In this document: one piece after another, positions 43,901-58,900 of the stretch
Layout of the letters: the number at the start of each line of letters is the position of its first letter
How positions within the stretch are numbered: the stretch's first letter is position 1
Origin: Candidatus Helarchaeota archaeon
GTDB taxonomy: Archaea > Asgardarchaeota > Lokiarchaeia > Helarchaeales > RDOG01
Direction: 5' to 3'
Assembly: GCA_019058315.1 (NCBI GenBank)
Contig: JAHPZH010000002.1
Location: 973,910-1,037,909, forward strand
Length of the DNA stretch: 64,000 nucleotides
Position numbers and translations under genes: made by a program
Notes under the pieces: model-generated
What the model was told of the DNA's origin: nothing
Databases searched by the model: none
Seen by the model: the letters and a program-made list of their open reading frames with translations, nothing else

Positions 43901-46900
43901 AATTTACCTTCTGCGAGATTTACATTAATGTTTAAAGGTGGAGGAAAATTCTCATATCTATTTCTATATGTTACCTCTCTCACAAATTGAGCACCATCCC
44001 ATTCTTCTACCCAAACTTCTAGATATAACGGAAAATCTTCATCAAAAATATATTTCAAGTTAATTGTCTCAGTAGTAACATATCCACTTTCGGGACTCAA
44101 TATTGTTAGGAATGGAGATTTAATATCTACAAAAAGGGTTATTTCATCAGAAGATTCTCTTCCAGCCTCATCTATAGCCTCCACACGAATAATATAGGTA
44201 TTCTCTTTATCAAAATCTAGTTCGGTATAATATAGTTGAGTTGTTGGATTATAATCTATTGTGAGATCATTTATTAATTTCCCATTTTTAAATATATTAA
44301 ATTCTGATACATCACTTTGCCACTTTAATGTTACTATTTCACCACAATAACTTTGGGAAATAGGTGAAATAATTTGAACTACAGGATCGGTCAAATCAAT
44401 TTCTATATCTATGGTTTCGCTATTATAATTACCAGCTATATCCCAGACAGTCGCTCTAATTTGCCAATTACCCGCAATCGGAACAGAAATAGTGTAATTT
44501 AATTTAAATTGTTCAGATACAGTCTCCCAAGGATCATTATCATATCTTTTTTCAATCAATACATTTTCTATACCACTTGGACAAGTATCATCATCATGGA
44601 CTATCCAATATAATTCAATTGAATCATCTGGTATGTGTTCATTTTGTGTCGGTGCTAATATTATACATGACGGATCTGTTTTATCTACTCCAATAAAGAT
44701 ATTCTTTCTTGCAATACGCCCAGATTCGTCCTCGGTATAAAGTTGTATATTGTGAAACCCCTCATCTAAGTTCAACAAATATGATCTTGTATTTTTTGGA
44801 AGAAATTCTTCTATAGCTACATCAAAATTTGTAATATTCCAATATTGAATTTCTACTTCACTTGAAGCTGTCCATTCCAATAAAATTTGACCATTAGAAG
44901 TATAATAGGAAGGTGGTATTGGATTTGTAATTTCCACAATCGGATCTTGTAAATTGATTTTAAAATTCCCTGTTACTTCTGCCTCATTTCCCGCATAATC
45001 GACTGCTACGATTTTTACTGTATGTTCTAAAATAGCTGGATCTGGAATATAAATGGTGATAACTTCATCATATTGATATTCTTCAAACGGTGTTTCGAAT
45101 GGATATGCTTCAACATATATAGGAGCTTCATCATCAATATAGATCAGGTGATAATCTACGAATACGTTATCTTTGCTTGTGAAAACGAATTGTAATATCT
45201 CGTGTCGGTGATATATTGTTGGATCTGGAAAAAGTATGTTAACTTCGGGAGGTGTGGTATCGATTACGTTCATTATACCTTCCACTGAATAAGGAAGGAA
45301 AAATTCATTTCCTTCAAAGACAGCACGGATTATGTATTCACCTGGAAAGAATGTAATAAATAGCTCCAATTCTGCTATTCCAAAATCATTAGTATAAGCA
45401 GTACCTAAAGATATGAACTCTCCTAATACATCATCATAATATTCGAAAATTATTTCGAGTCCTGCACCTACACTATTACCATAATAATCTTGAACACTAA
45501 CACTTAATATCTCTGTTTCATAAAAACTTACATCTTTAGATGGATCTGATATTATAACAGGTATTCTTTTGGAATAATAGACTTCTAGATATGGATTATT
45601 CATATAAGCATCAGATGAACTAAAACTCCACTCAGATTTATCACCTTTAAATAAGAATGTAGCATATTCTTCTCCAGTTTTCGCCAAGTCAGTTAAAAGA
45701 GTAGAAAATTCAAGCGATTTAAATGAATACCATTCATTAAAAGACACATCTTGGATTTCATCAATGAAGGAATCACTTAAATCAGATATAACGATACTTT
45801 TATCAAGATGCATCTTGAAAGACCATAAGCCCACTCTGGCAAACCAATACCTTATTCGAACTAACTTATTCATCACATACTTCCCAAAATCTGTATTTAT
45901 TATATTTGAACACTTAATTTTACAAAGTTTATTCAAATCTTGTTTATACCAAATACTTAATGTTTCCCAAGAACAAGTATCCCAATTGAATATTTGTAGT
46001 TCAAAATGCCCCATATCATCATTATATTCTGATGTTAGGTTGAAGTCAGTTTCTATTTCTATATAATTACAAGTCTCTTTTATATCATAGTCATAGGTAA
46101 CACTTATATAAGATGTGTTATCCACCGGATTATATTGGGATTCAATAACTTCATATATCCCATCTGAATGATCGGTAACTCTATAATCGTTTTCTAAAAT
46201 GTTACCATAAGTAACAATCTCACCCGATGTTACATAAGAATAAATATCATCAAATGTAATAGTATCATTTATAATATCACTGTTCAGAAAATAATACATT
46301 GAGACTTTATCATTATAATTATCAATTTTTGTTTCAGTATTAAAAATATTAAATGAAGTATCTTCATATACTATTTCTATGTCATTTTCCAGAGGCAATG
46401 GGAATTTAATGAAAGAATATTTGAAAATATTCTTATAATTTACTATCAAATTCAAATAATCCAAATTATAATTATTCGGTTGTAAATTATCATAATATTT
46501 ATTCTTAATACGAATGATAACTTGCCCATTGCTGCTTGCAAATTCATGAATATACATTATATTGCTTATGGTATAATTATACCATTTTTCACAGCCTCTA
46601 ATTGTTTTACCGAGCTCGAACCAGTCATTTTGTGCCCAATTCCAGATACTAATTTGTAAATCTGGGAACCATAAAAACCAGTTATTATCATCTGAAATGT
46701 AAGTCTCTAAACCCAAGTTCATAATGTGTGATGCCTCTATACCAGTATCAAAATAAAATAAGGCTTCTAAATTATCAGAGCTATCTTCAGTTAATATTAA
46801 TGAGTTATCATCTCTTTCATGAGTGTCTATCAAGTCTCCGCTACTATCGCCTACTTGCTGATAGAAGTTATTGGCTTTTAACGCGACAAAATTTCCCTCA

Positions 46901-49900
46901 GCATCTGGGAATAAAGCTGTATTGTCTATATAATTCACTTGTAAAGTATCTTTATATCCATAAAAAGTCGCAGGATTTTGATTGGAGACATATGTATCAT
47001 TACAGATCGGTTCTCTTGTAGATAATGCGGCTAGAATTTTAACTTCTTCTTGGGCATCCAGATTAAAATTACCAAAAGTAATTGATGCTCGTTCTCCTAA
47101 ATCTGTGAAATGATGAAATTTGTCAATTTCATAGTTTAATCTCACAATAAGTTCACCATTTGCTGATGTAATTGTGCCTCCATCGTTACTTAGAATATAT
47201 ATGTCATTTTCATAACCCTCAAGATTCCATTGGATTCGATATTCCCTTTTATAAATTGATATAAAATTAATTTCATATTTAGTAGACCCGCTTCCCATGA
47301 TATATTTGATTTTTAACAGACTCCCATCTGTTAAGGTTTGTATTGAAGTTATATTTATATAATTACTATCTTGGTTGATTTGGTAATTAATGGTATCTAC
47401 ATCCATATCACACCAACCCCATATCCAATTTTTATATTGAACTTGAAAATTTTCTAATTCCTTCAAACTTGTTCCAGTTATATCAAAAATCTTAACTCCA
47501 TTTGGTGTAAAGTGATATAGAGATGTCGGATTTTTAACAATAAAATCATTATTTGAAATTGGAGTATATTCATAGCTTACCCAATAACCATCGACATTAA
47601 TATATTCATAATTGGAAAAAATTAGCTGTTTATACCTATATATTTCGGGATCATAATATAACTCCCAATATTCTCCCATTTCCAAAAGATTATAATTTGA
47701 TTCTGTCTTAAAAGAGGTAAATACATCTCCAGCTGCATACGATGATAGTGAACCCGCTGCATAAACATTATTTTCGAAATTATAATCATATTCAGGAGTG
47801 GCTATAGGAACCATTTCTTCATATTTATTATTATATATCTTAATTAATTCAGAATCCAAATACTCATAAGTAATGTCATAAAAACCTATAGGTGGATCGG
47901 TTAAGATTAATTTCTTTTCTAACTCATTTATGATATAATCATTAAAAGGTGTACCATCTATTAGCAGGTTTTTGATATTAATTGGGATCTTTAATAATAT
48001 AATCTCATCATTAACTATCGATCCCGTCTCCACAGTCTCTTTTCTTAATTTAATAACATCTTTAATTCGAATATTGAATTTAAAATCCCCATCTTCAATT
48101 CCATTCTTTATAAATAAATAATTATAACCTTTTTCTAACCATACCAATATTTCTTTTTCTATATATTCATTATTACCAAAATTTTCGTTGATAATCTCGT
48201 ATCCATTAAAATTCACAACAGCGCATCCCTTCATTTTAAATACTAAGGTTGCTGTGGATTCTACTGGACTCCATATCCCAGTCCAACCATATGCCATTAC
48301 ATTTATAGGTTTTACCAAATAACTTACAAAATAATTATCATCTCCCCAGGGAATACTTTGACCACCAATAGTTATTAGCCCTGTTTCATAGTCAAGATGA
48401 TAATAACCTCTACCAAGACTATATAATTCATCTAAAGTTGCTACTTGAGTTAAGTATATATGTTCGTCAGTAACACCATCTTCATCAGTATCGCTATAAT
48501 CATTATAATACACATAATATATCTCATAAATAGGTCTACATGAAAGAACGAATTTTTGATTAGTTTTTGCTAATCCACGAAAACTATCTCTTTTAATTGC
48601 TTGTGTTGGGTAGATATTTTTCATATAATCATTAATATCGATCCAATTACTAGATGAAGTGTAATAATTCCATTTCACTTCCAAGTTTTCAACTTTATAT
48701 TCTCCAGCATTATCTATATATACATATTCACCATCCCAAGATTCATTAATCGGAATTAAATAAGTCTGGTATAACTCTTCTGCTATTTCTTCAATTTCTA
48801 TTGCTGTTTCTTTTATTGGATCATGATAAAAAGTAGCTAATGCAGTTAATGAAGTAATTTCATTATTTGTTGTTAATTGATTTTCTATCAAAGAATTAAA
48901 TATTTTTAATTTCCACTGAACCATTGGGTCAGATGTCTCGATACGGACCATTATATAGTGATATCCCTCATTTAAAAATATATGATCTCCTTGTTGTATC
49001 GATCTTGAATCTAAATATATCTCAAAGTCGGAAATTCCTCTATAATATTCAGGGATAAGTGCGATCCATGCATTACTATCCATATATATGACTGTATAAT
49101 AGTATTTGATTACGTCTGCTTCAGCAATTACAGTATCTACAATATAAAATTCTGAAAAATTCGGGATTACTTGGTTGTTTGTAAATGTCATTGAATCAAG
49201 GGTGTTTCCTTTCTCCTTTATTATACGATAATGAGTTAAGAAACACATGAATTCAGAATCTCGTTCATTTAATTCTTCTAATTTAAATTTAATTTTTTCT
49301 AATTTTTTAGATGAACTAATTTGTATCGGAGATTGGATTTTTGCAAATTGATTAAGGGGGACTAAGTTTGTTGCTAAATTAGGATGAGTACTAAATGAAA
49401 ATTGATCCTCTGTTCCATCATCATAAACTAATATTATACTAAAACGTCCATGGTCAAAAATACTTGAATCAGAATCATAAAGCATAATTTCTGATTGTAA
49501 TATATAACTGTTTTCAGGTTCTAATTCTTCATCAACAATGATTTCTATTTCATTTTTTTCTAGATCATCACTTTCTGCTATATTCAAGATTAAAGTGCCA
49601 TCATCCATCAAACTATAAAAAGAATTTACATTGGTATTGATGTTAGTATTATCGAGTGAAGTAATATAATATTGTTCATCTAATTCAATCCCGTATACAG
49701 AGATAAAATCAAATAATGAGTAACCTTGATCATGATTATTGAATCCTATTCCCAAAAGTTCGAAATCATGTTCATCTAAATTTGGAGGTGGTGTAGGTCC
49801 ATAAATTTGTGTTACATAGTATTCATAAATTAATTTATGTAAATTAATACTTTTTAATTCCCAATCTATGGGTATACCGTAATTGGAATTATCAATAGTT

Positions 49901-52900
49901 ATAGTAGCAGATACGCCAGTCTCCGTATCTCTTACATATAACTCGATACTCAGATCAGTCCCCGCTGAGTCTGAGTATGAATATGTTATATTATAGTTAT
50001 CCACCCCAATATACGGTTCTCCACCAAATGTTATTAAATGATTTTCTAAATCCACCGTATATTCATTATCAATAGGATTCTTTTTTACTCTTTTAAGAAC
50101 TTTCCCTGTATTTAACTCTGTAATTGAAATGATATTTTGTATTTCATCCCAAGTATCATATTTTGTCCCAATAAACCATGAATAATCGTATACATAATTA
50201 ATATCAAATAACATATCATTTCTATCAATAAGTTCAAAATCTTCTGAAGTTATCCCTCCTTTTTTCCACGCCCAAGTCATGAAGGGGGATTGTGTAATAT
50301 TAACTGGCTTAAAGTTATATGTCCAGTTTCTCACAACATGATTTAAACCATCTAATATTGATTGAGAAATATTGTAGGATATAGATTGATAAAAAGCATC
50401 AAAAGAAGTAGAAAAACAATCATCTCCCTCTTCCCAATTAATACCTTCTTCTCCAAACATTAAGGTTTCATTTAATGTAAAATATGTGTCAGAGATTATT
50501 GTATCTAATGAGTCTTCAAAAGGAGAAAGCCAAGTAGAAATTGTCCCATCAGCTTGAATATCAGTTAAAAACAGTTCTGTATAAGGTGGCGTTCGCCCAT
50601 TGATATGACTTTCACTAATAGGACCCACTCTTATAGTAGTTGAAGATTCCGAACCTATATTCATTCCATAACTCAATGCTTGATATTTTGGTGAGTTAAT
50701 CCACCAAGTGGAACGGAGTGGAATAGTACTTAGACTATAGGGATGATAACCCCACATTGATATGCCCCATAGATTTTCATCATCGCCTAAAATCATCCAT
50801 TCAGGATTATGAGACATTAACCAACCCATGTCACTATATTCAAATGTATTTTCAATATCCAAATTTCCATAAGGAAGTAGATCATCTGAATAAACATGGG
50901 CAGAAGAATTTAATGAAAAAATTGCTCTTACTAATTCGCTTTCATCTATGTCATATGTTTTGACTTTTATATCAACAAAACCTGAATCGTATATGGTGAA
51001 ATAACAATCTGCATGTTTTGAGTTATCTTGAGTGGATGTTTCAACAAGAATTTCAACCCAATCTAATGTCTGGTCAATAAGCTCTATATTGTTTACTTTA
51101 TCTAAATATCCTTCAGTAGTCGCAATCATAAAACTACTATTTAGATTATTTCCAAAATATGTTATATTCATAATCCCCGGTCTAGATGTCGGAATTTGAA
51201 AAGTATCAAGACTATTATCAAATAAATATCCAATTGTATATTGTGGTGTTTCATAATAATCATCAGTTCCAACAAATTCTGCTTTAATTTTATATACAAA
51301 TGGGTAAGAACCACCAAATTCTAAGTTGCATAAGTAATCATATTCTGCCCAGCCGTCATCATTTGTTAAAGCTACCATATTATCTACTAATGGAACATCA
51401 TCAGCATAATTAAGTATTGAGAATTTGATATTTCTATTCGCCACAGGGATGCTATAATCTGATTGTAATAAACGAGCTTGTAGTTTTATAGTCTCAAGAG
51501 TATTACCATATTTATCCTTTACATTAATTGCCAAATTGTCATTTTTAGTTGCAGTCTTAATAATATAAACGAAATTTGGTTTGTAATAATCATTCCCTAA
51601 AAATTCTGCTTTAATTGAAAATGTCAAATCAGGTGGTAGGAAATCAAGATAAGTTTCAATAAAATTAATCCCATTTGAATCCAAATTACTCTCACCTATC
51701 TCAATCCAATTTATAGGTTGACCATTTGTATCAAAATCGATAGAGTAATGATATTTTACACATCCTTCTGTAATAGGACTGTTAAATGGAGTCACCAATT
51801 GTGAGCCCATTATCACCAAGTCGTAAAATTGGATTGGTCTCCCTTTATTTGATTGTATATAGATATTATTATCATTGAATATAGCATCTTGTTTTGTTAT
51901 TACAATGTTATATATTGGAGATATTCCGTGATTGCCTTTCCCAACATCACTTATTTGTGCACCCTTTAATCTTGGATTATCATAAATCCCACTCTTAGCC
52001 CTAAGTGTTACCTCTCCATCTGTGAATAAATAATTTTTCAATTTTGCAGCTGGTACATTGAATGGAATTGTATAGCTACCATCTGAATTTTCTATTATTG
52101 CATTTGTCCCATCTGATTTTTTTAATGGTGTATATTTATATGACGAATCTAAAGTGCCGTATTCAAAATTCATAAATCCTTCAGCCCAACCATCTGGTTT
52201 TATTTCTGGAGTTACATCTGATAAAGCTAAATAAACATAGATAGCATACTCGCCTGCTACCTCTTCTAAATACCAGTCACCTGTATAAAGTAAATCATCT
52301 ATTGAATCTTTTTGTGTCCAAATAAAAGTTGAAGGACCACTTCCCAACCCTAAAATTGGTTCTGTTGACATTTCAAAAATGGGATTTAATCCATGCAATT
52401 TTATTTTCATCCCGATAATTTCATCATATATGTCTCTTATGATTATAGTATCAGGATTAACTAGTAATTGATTTATAATCACAGAATAACTATCAGTTCT
52501 ATATATTATATCATCATCATGCCATAGATATACATAACCATCAACTACACTGTGTTCAGGATAGACTACAGGTGGAGGATTAATTGTGGGTATCACAAGA
52601 AGTTCTGGATCATAGGCTGTGACTTGTAATTGGATTTCTTCTCCATATTCGGCGACTCCATCATTGTCTGCTTCACCAATATCAGTTACAGTTATATCAT
52701 TAACTATTGGAGATGTTGTATCTAATTCAATATACAACACAAATAATTCTTTTTCTTCAACTTGAGACAACCAACGTTGTTTATCATAAGGATTTAATGT
52801 ATCTACCTCGATTCGATAAACTGTATCACCTACAGGAGCGTTTAAATCAAATTCAAAGTTACGATCAATTATATCATACTTCCAATCTTCGATTAATTCT

Positions 52901-55900
52901 TTTGGATCTGTATTATGCTGCCACCAATTTGTGTGTGTGTCATGGAACAACCATTCACTTGTACTCCAGTCCCAGTAATATACATTAATTTTAATAGCTT
53001 CTACATGCCGATCCCACTGATAGATACCTCCAAATAAATCTTCTTGATAACTACTATGATGATGTGTTTCAATAGATTCCTCAGCATCATCAGGAATTTC
53101 ATCTGAATTAAAGCCATAGTCATCATTTGTTGATACTTGAAAGATAATTTTTTTCGAACTTGTAGAGATAGTATCTCCCTGTTCATAATCTCCTTTATCA
53201 TCATTTTCATTTAATTTTATATAAGCAGTTTTCCAAGCTTCTCCAGAATAATCTAACATTACAGCACTAATATTTGCTTCTGGTGGAAAATCCTCAGTAT
53301 ATTGAACTACAAGTTGTGGTCTCCTATTTGGGTTAGGGTTATTCGAAGTACCAATACTTTTTTGTTTCCAATGGAAGGGTTGGTGAAATTCTCCACGAAT
53401 GGGTGGAGTATCTGTACCTGTATATAACGGATCAAATAAGTCCTCGAATTCATCATTATTAGACCAAGGGATATTCCAACCGTTTTCTCGTAGGGAATCT
53501 ATTTGATACCAATCCAATAAAGCTTTATTGCTTCCTGTATTTGCGTGTAATATCATTTGAAAATATTCTTCATTAAACTTATCACGCATTTTATAATCAG
53601 GATCATAATTTTTAGTTTCCCCAGAAGCTAAACCAGCTTCCATATTGAACCAAAATTTATATCTACCTGTATCAGTCATAACAGTAGATGTTATCCTATC
53701 ATCCCAATCCCCTGAATCTACATGCCATTGACTACCTTCCCACCGATCACCTTTCGGGTAACCAAAACCTGGAATTGGATATGGACACCAAATAAAATGA
53801 TTTGGATAATCTCCTTGATCATTTCCTCCTCCATCGCTATCTGCCCCGTAAGAGAAGAAATTATTCATCCAATCCATTAATTGATATTCACCACCTGGAT
53901 TCAATGTAGGTTCATAATAATAATAAGGACCACCGGGAAGGGAACTGCTAAGATCCCATTCTGTTATTGAAAAAGAAAATTCTAGAAACTGAGAACCCAA
54001 ATTCGGACCGAATTCGGGGTTGTAAGTTCTATAACTTACAGTGGAGAGCTGATCCATTATTACATAAGGAGGCGAAGTTAAAAATAATATTTTAGCATAG
54101 CCCTCTCCTAAATATTCGATATCATAATCGACTCCATATTCAAGGTAACCTGTACCAGGGATATATACGGAATCGACAAGAGGATCCCATGGAATAACAA
54201 ACTGATGAGTGAGAGTATAATCCTCAAAGTCGAACCAAAATTCATCTATCCTATTTAATATCGGATCAATTTCTTCAAATCGAAATTTGATTTTATTTAA
54301 TTCCTTTATTATAAAGCCTAATGGCTCTGTTTCGGGTAAAAGATATTCATAAAGATTAAAATAATCCATAATGGTTAAGTCAATTTCTATTGGATTGGAT
54401 GTCCACTTGATACCTAGCTCATCTGTATATTCTTCAATAGTTAAACTCGTGATTGCAAAATCTGATTGAAATATTTTCCCTTGAAAAAAGGTATCAGGAT
54501 TAATTTCAATTGTTTCTGAACTTATTATTTCAAACCAATCGAATTCTTCAGTCCCTGTAAGATATACCCCAGTCCTTTCTAATTCAAAATATATGGGCTC
54601 ATGTTGGTAACTAACTGAGATCTCAGAGCCTTCTTTTGGTGGATATTTGAAAAATACAGTTTCACTATCTATTATTGAATATTCTGCTTCTAATATGTCT
54701 CCTCCTAAGACTATATATTTGATATTTACTAGATCATCCCCTGATGGTAAATATGGGTCCACTCCTTGGAATAAATTGATAATTTCGCTGTTGTCTCCTG
54801 TCCGAGTATACTGAAATCCACCAGTGGAACTAGGACTATCAGTATAAATAAATTCATAGGTTTGTATTGCTTGTGGATCTGGTGGATCGAGAAGAGCATT
54901 TAAAGTTACAGTGACTTCTTCGATTGAATCTAAATCAAGATCAGGTTTTATGGTTAATATAAAGCTATTGACTAACCCATCACCTTCAAAATGTTCTTTC
55001 ATTTTAACATTGTATAATGTATCAATTCTTTTACCTAATTGATAAGCATTTTCGGAACCACTTGCAATGAAATATTGAGTTATATCTTCGGGTTCTAAAG
55101 TCTCTGAGGCGTCAGTATTGAGAGAAAAACTCCAAGTTCCATCAGTTAAATCTGATTTATATATTAATTCGCGATCAACTTGAGCTGGTCTGTCATCAAA
55201 ATTAGACCACTCAGGGATAATTAAATGCCCTTCGACACCATAATTATCCCTATCATGTGGATTCTCCACCCAACCTCCTGGTAAACCCGGGCCTGGATTT
55301 GAGACATAATACCAATCAGAAAAACCATCAATTCCGTTATCTATTGGCAAATCACGAACCCACACATCCAAATATGAAAGTGGTGAAGGTTGCTGGTTTT
55401 GATCCCAGATTATATCAGTTCTTTCCCAATTTTCAATCTGTTGTCCCGAATATACAAAAATATTCATAGGGTAATGAGTTTGGGGGTCAATTATATGTGC
55501 AAAATCTCCATAATATCCAGGAAATATATGAAAAGGGATATTAGTTCCCATAGCACACCAATCGCCTATTAACATTTCGGGATCTGCAAAATCACCCCAA
55601 TAAGCATCACTTTGCATTATTCTAGGGTCATAAACATTTACTAAATTATTAAGTAGATAATGTGTTCCACCCATATAATTAAAACTCGTTCTTGAAAGCG
55701 GAGTACCTAAATCATCATGGTTATCAAATAGACTGTTTCCTGAATCGGGTAACGGGGCAAGTGGATAACCAACTGGGTAAAGTTGCGAACCTCTATTATT
55801 TCGCCTATAAGGAGGATACCAACACCAATCATATAATTTAATTGGCCACAAAACTATCCACTTGACCGGAATTCCCCATGGGCCTGGTAACCATACTTCA

Positions 55901-58900
55901 ATTGGGATATATGCCCAATCCCAATCCCAGTTAGAATATGTACTCCAAAATGTCCAAGACCAATCTTCAACAAGTTCGTCCTTGAAGATTTTCTCATTAG
56001 GATCGATTTTTATTGATTGACCTTTCTGTAATGTTAGATTATAGAAAATTATATTGAATTTGACATTATTTAATCCAGGATTTATATTAATTTTTCGTGA
56101 AATATTATTAGAGACATCGTTAAAATCTATATTCAAAAAGAATGTATCATTTTTATAAAAATTTACAGAAGAAAGAGAATCAATTTCTAAAAATGAATCT
56201 GTAATATATTGTGTTTTATACCATTCAGAAATACCAAAACCTAAATAGAGAAAGAAATGGTTATGGGGATCATCGGAATATGTGCAATTAGTAAAATCGG
56301 TATAATTCCCAACTTCTTCGTAATGAATCCAGATTTGATTAATTTTATTTGCCTTAGTACCTATCTTTTTTGCAATATAATCATATATATTTAATGTATT
56401 AGTCTCATTTAGATTAAAATTTATTTGTTCAGTCTCTAAGACTGTACCGTTTTCTAATGTGACATTATTAAAATAAAGTTCTGCTGAAACACAAGGACAA
56501 TGATCAGGTTGGTATGTTAGGATACAATTTTCATTTATATCTATACTGACATTTGATTTCCAATCGAACCAGTCAAATATTTCAGTTTGATTAAATTTTA
56601 TTCCATAGGAAGTGCTATTGAAAAAATTAGGAGGATGACTACTATTAAGTACCCAAGATCCATCAGAAAAGTCAGAATCATATAATGGTTTATAAGGAGA
56701 TGGATACCCTACTTCAATATTATCAATATTGGGCACGTAACCTGACCACCTAATTTGATATTCCTTAGTTTCATCAGCTGTTGAAAGAAAATCCACTGTA
56801 ATTTTAAAATCTCCGAATCCAAACCTCCAATCTGTTGATAATATACCTGAATTTGTATAATCTTTTCTTCTAATTATTAATGGATCTTGTAATCCATCCA
56901 CAGATGTACTATTAGTTATAGTGACTAAAGTACCATCTATTTCAATATAAGTTTCAAATTCTGTTTTTATCGACTCTTCTAATTGCCAACCTCCGTTATT
57001 AACATATAAATCCCAATGACTTTTATTTAATATCAGTTCTGTATTGTTAAAAATATAATATCCAGTTGAATTAATTATAAAGGTTCCACTGGGATGCTTA
57101 ATAAAGAAATCATCAATCGAATTTTCGTGAAAATGATATGGAAGCCAAAAGTCGCCATAATTTATGAATACATTACTTGAATAATAGTATTTTGAATAAG
57201 TTCCATCAGTAGTGTTCATAACTTTTTCCCAATTAGGTCCTCTCTCGATTAGTTTTATGTTCGGTGCACCTGCTGCATAAGATGTAAACTGATAGGTAAG
57301 TCCAGAACCTGGTACTTCTACTATTACATCCTCTATACCATCACCATCTTTATCTGTGGATTCTACATTTAATCCATAATCACCCTTTTCGAATAATGAA
57401 TATAATCCACTTAAACCTCCTTTCCATAAATCATACTCATTTGCTGTGATAGAAGTTGATAGAGGAATTCCTGTTATCATACTAAATAAAATCTTAGAGG
57501 TTTGTTGGCATTCGTCATTAAAATTAATACTATATTTAGTATTTTCTGTCGGATACATATGAACAAAACTAACTAATCCTTTACCCCATTGCCCAGTGAA
57601 TGGATCCGAAAAATCTTCTGATTTAGCCCATTCAATCTTTAGATCTTGCTCAGAAAATTGGGTTGTATCAATTGGATATTCGGATATCCAGAAAGACTGT
57701 GTACTAGTAATTCCCTCAAATATTGTACAATCAGTTCTAAATAAAACTTGATTATCAACTGTAAGTTGTTTATTATAGACATCCATCTCAGCAATATGAT
57801 TTTTTGCATAGTTGAAGTCATTAAAATTATCTATCGAATGTATTTTTATATTTAGAAAGTCAAAAAATATTTGATCATTATACATAACATCTTCATCCAA
57901 CTTGAAAATTTTTACTTTTATTTCACCGTCTTCAGATATGATTGGGTATATATTATCATTTAATACAGAATGAATCTCGAATAATTCCTCTTCATCTTCT
58001 ATATATATCGAACTATAACTGTTCCAATTATTCTCATCATAGTCGTAAAATGCAATAACTAGATCACAATATCCAACACCAGTAAATTGATTAGTGACTC
58101 CTCCATCCATTGTACTTGGATTATCAACAAGGATATCTTGATCATAACGATTAGATGATGATGGGATATTGAATGACCATTCAATATAGTCCCTAGGAGT
58201 CACAGGGTATTGTGGAATTTTTGATATTATTGGTAGCCAAAGTACCCCTCCTGATGGTATTTCATATCCCCAAAATGGTGGATCTGGGTCGTTTATTTCA
58301 AATTCAGCGTCTCGCCCATTAATAGTGGTAGAAAAAACAGTGTCTTTATGGACGTATTTTGATGAAGTGCCACGAATTCGAATATAACCAGTTGAAAGTT
58401 CAGCGTACTTATAAGCTTCAATTTCTAGATCTATATGATAATTCCTTAATTCTGGAAGTGGAATCCCATTAAATATAAAAGTACTTTCAAGATATCCACC
58501 TTCTGGAGTTAATGTATAATAATTATTATCTTTCATTTCAAGAGGTGTAATATCATTAAATTTTTCTAAAAATATATTTGAAATTGTAATATTTCCAGCA
58601 TTTTTAATTCCAAATACCAAAGAGAAATCATCAGATATAAAACCAGAAGTTGGAACTGTAAATTCAATTTCTTTTGTACTAATCATTTCAGAATCATCAG
58701 TATTCCAAGTAGTCCATCCTGCAGTCTCAGGCCTATCTTCGTAAAGGAGTCCATTTTCATTTGGATAATCTGTAACAATAAAATAGAAATATGAATTAGC
58801 ATAATTTTCTAAAATAGAATAATCAAACTTCAGCTTATATGAAACTCCTTTATCCAATATTAAATTTATAGGATCACTCACTAAATAATTGTAATAATAA

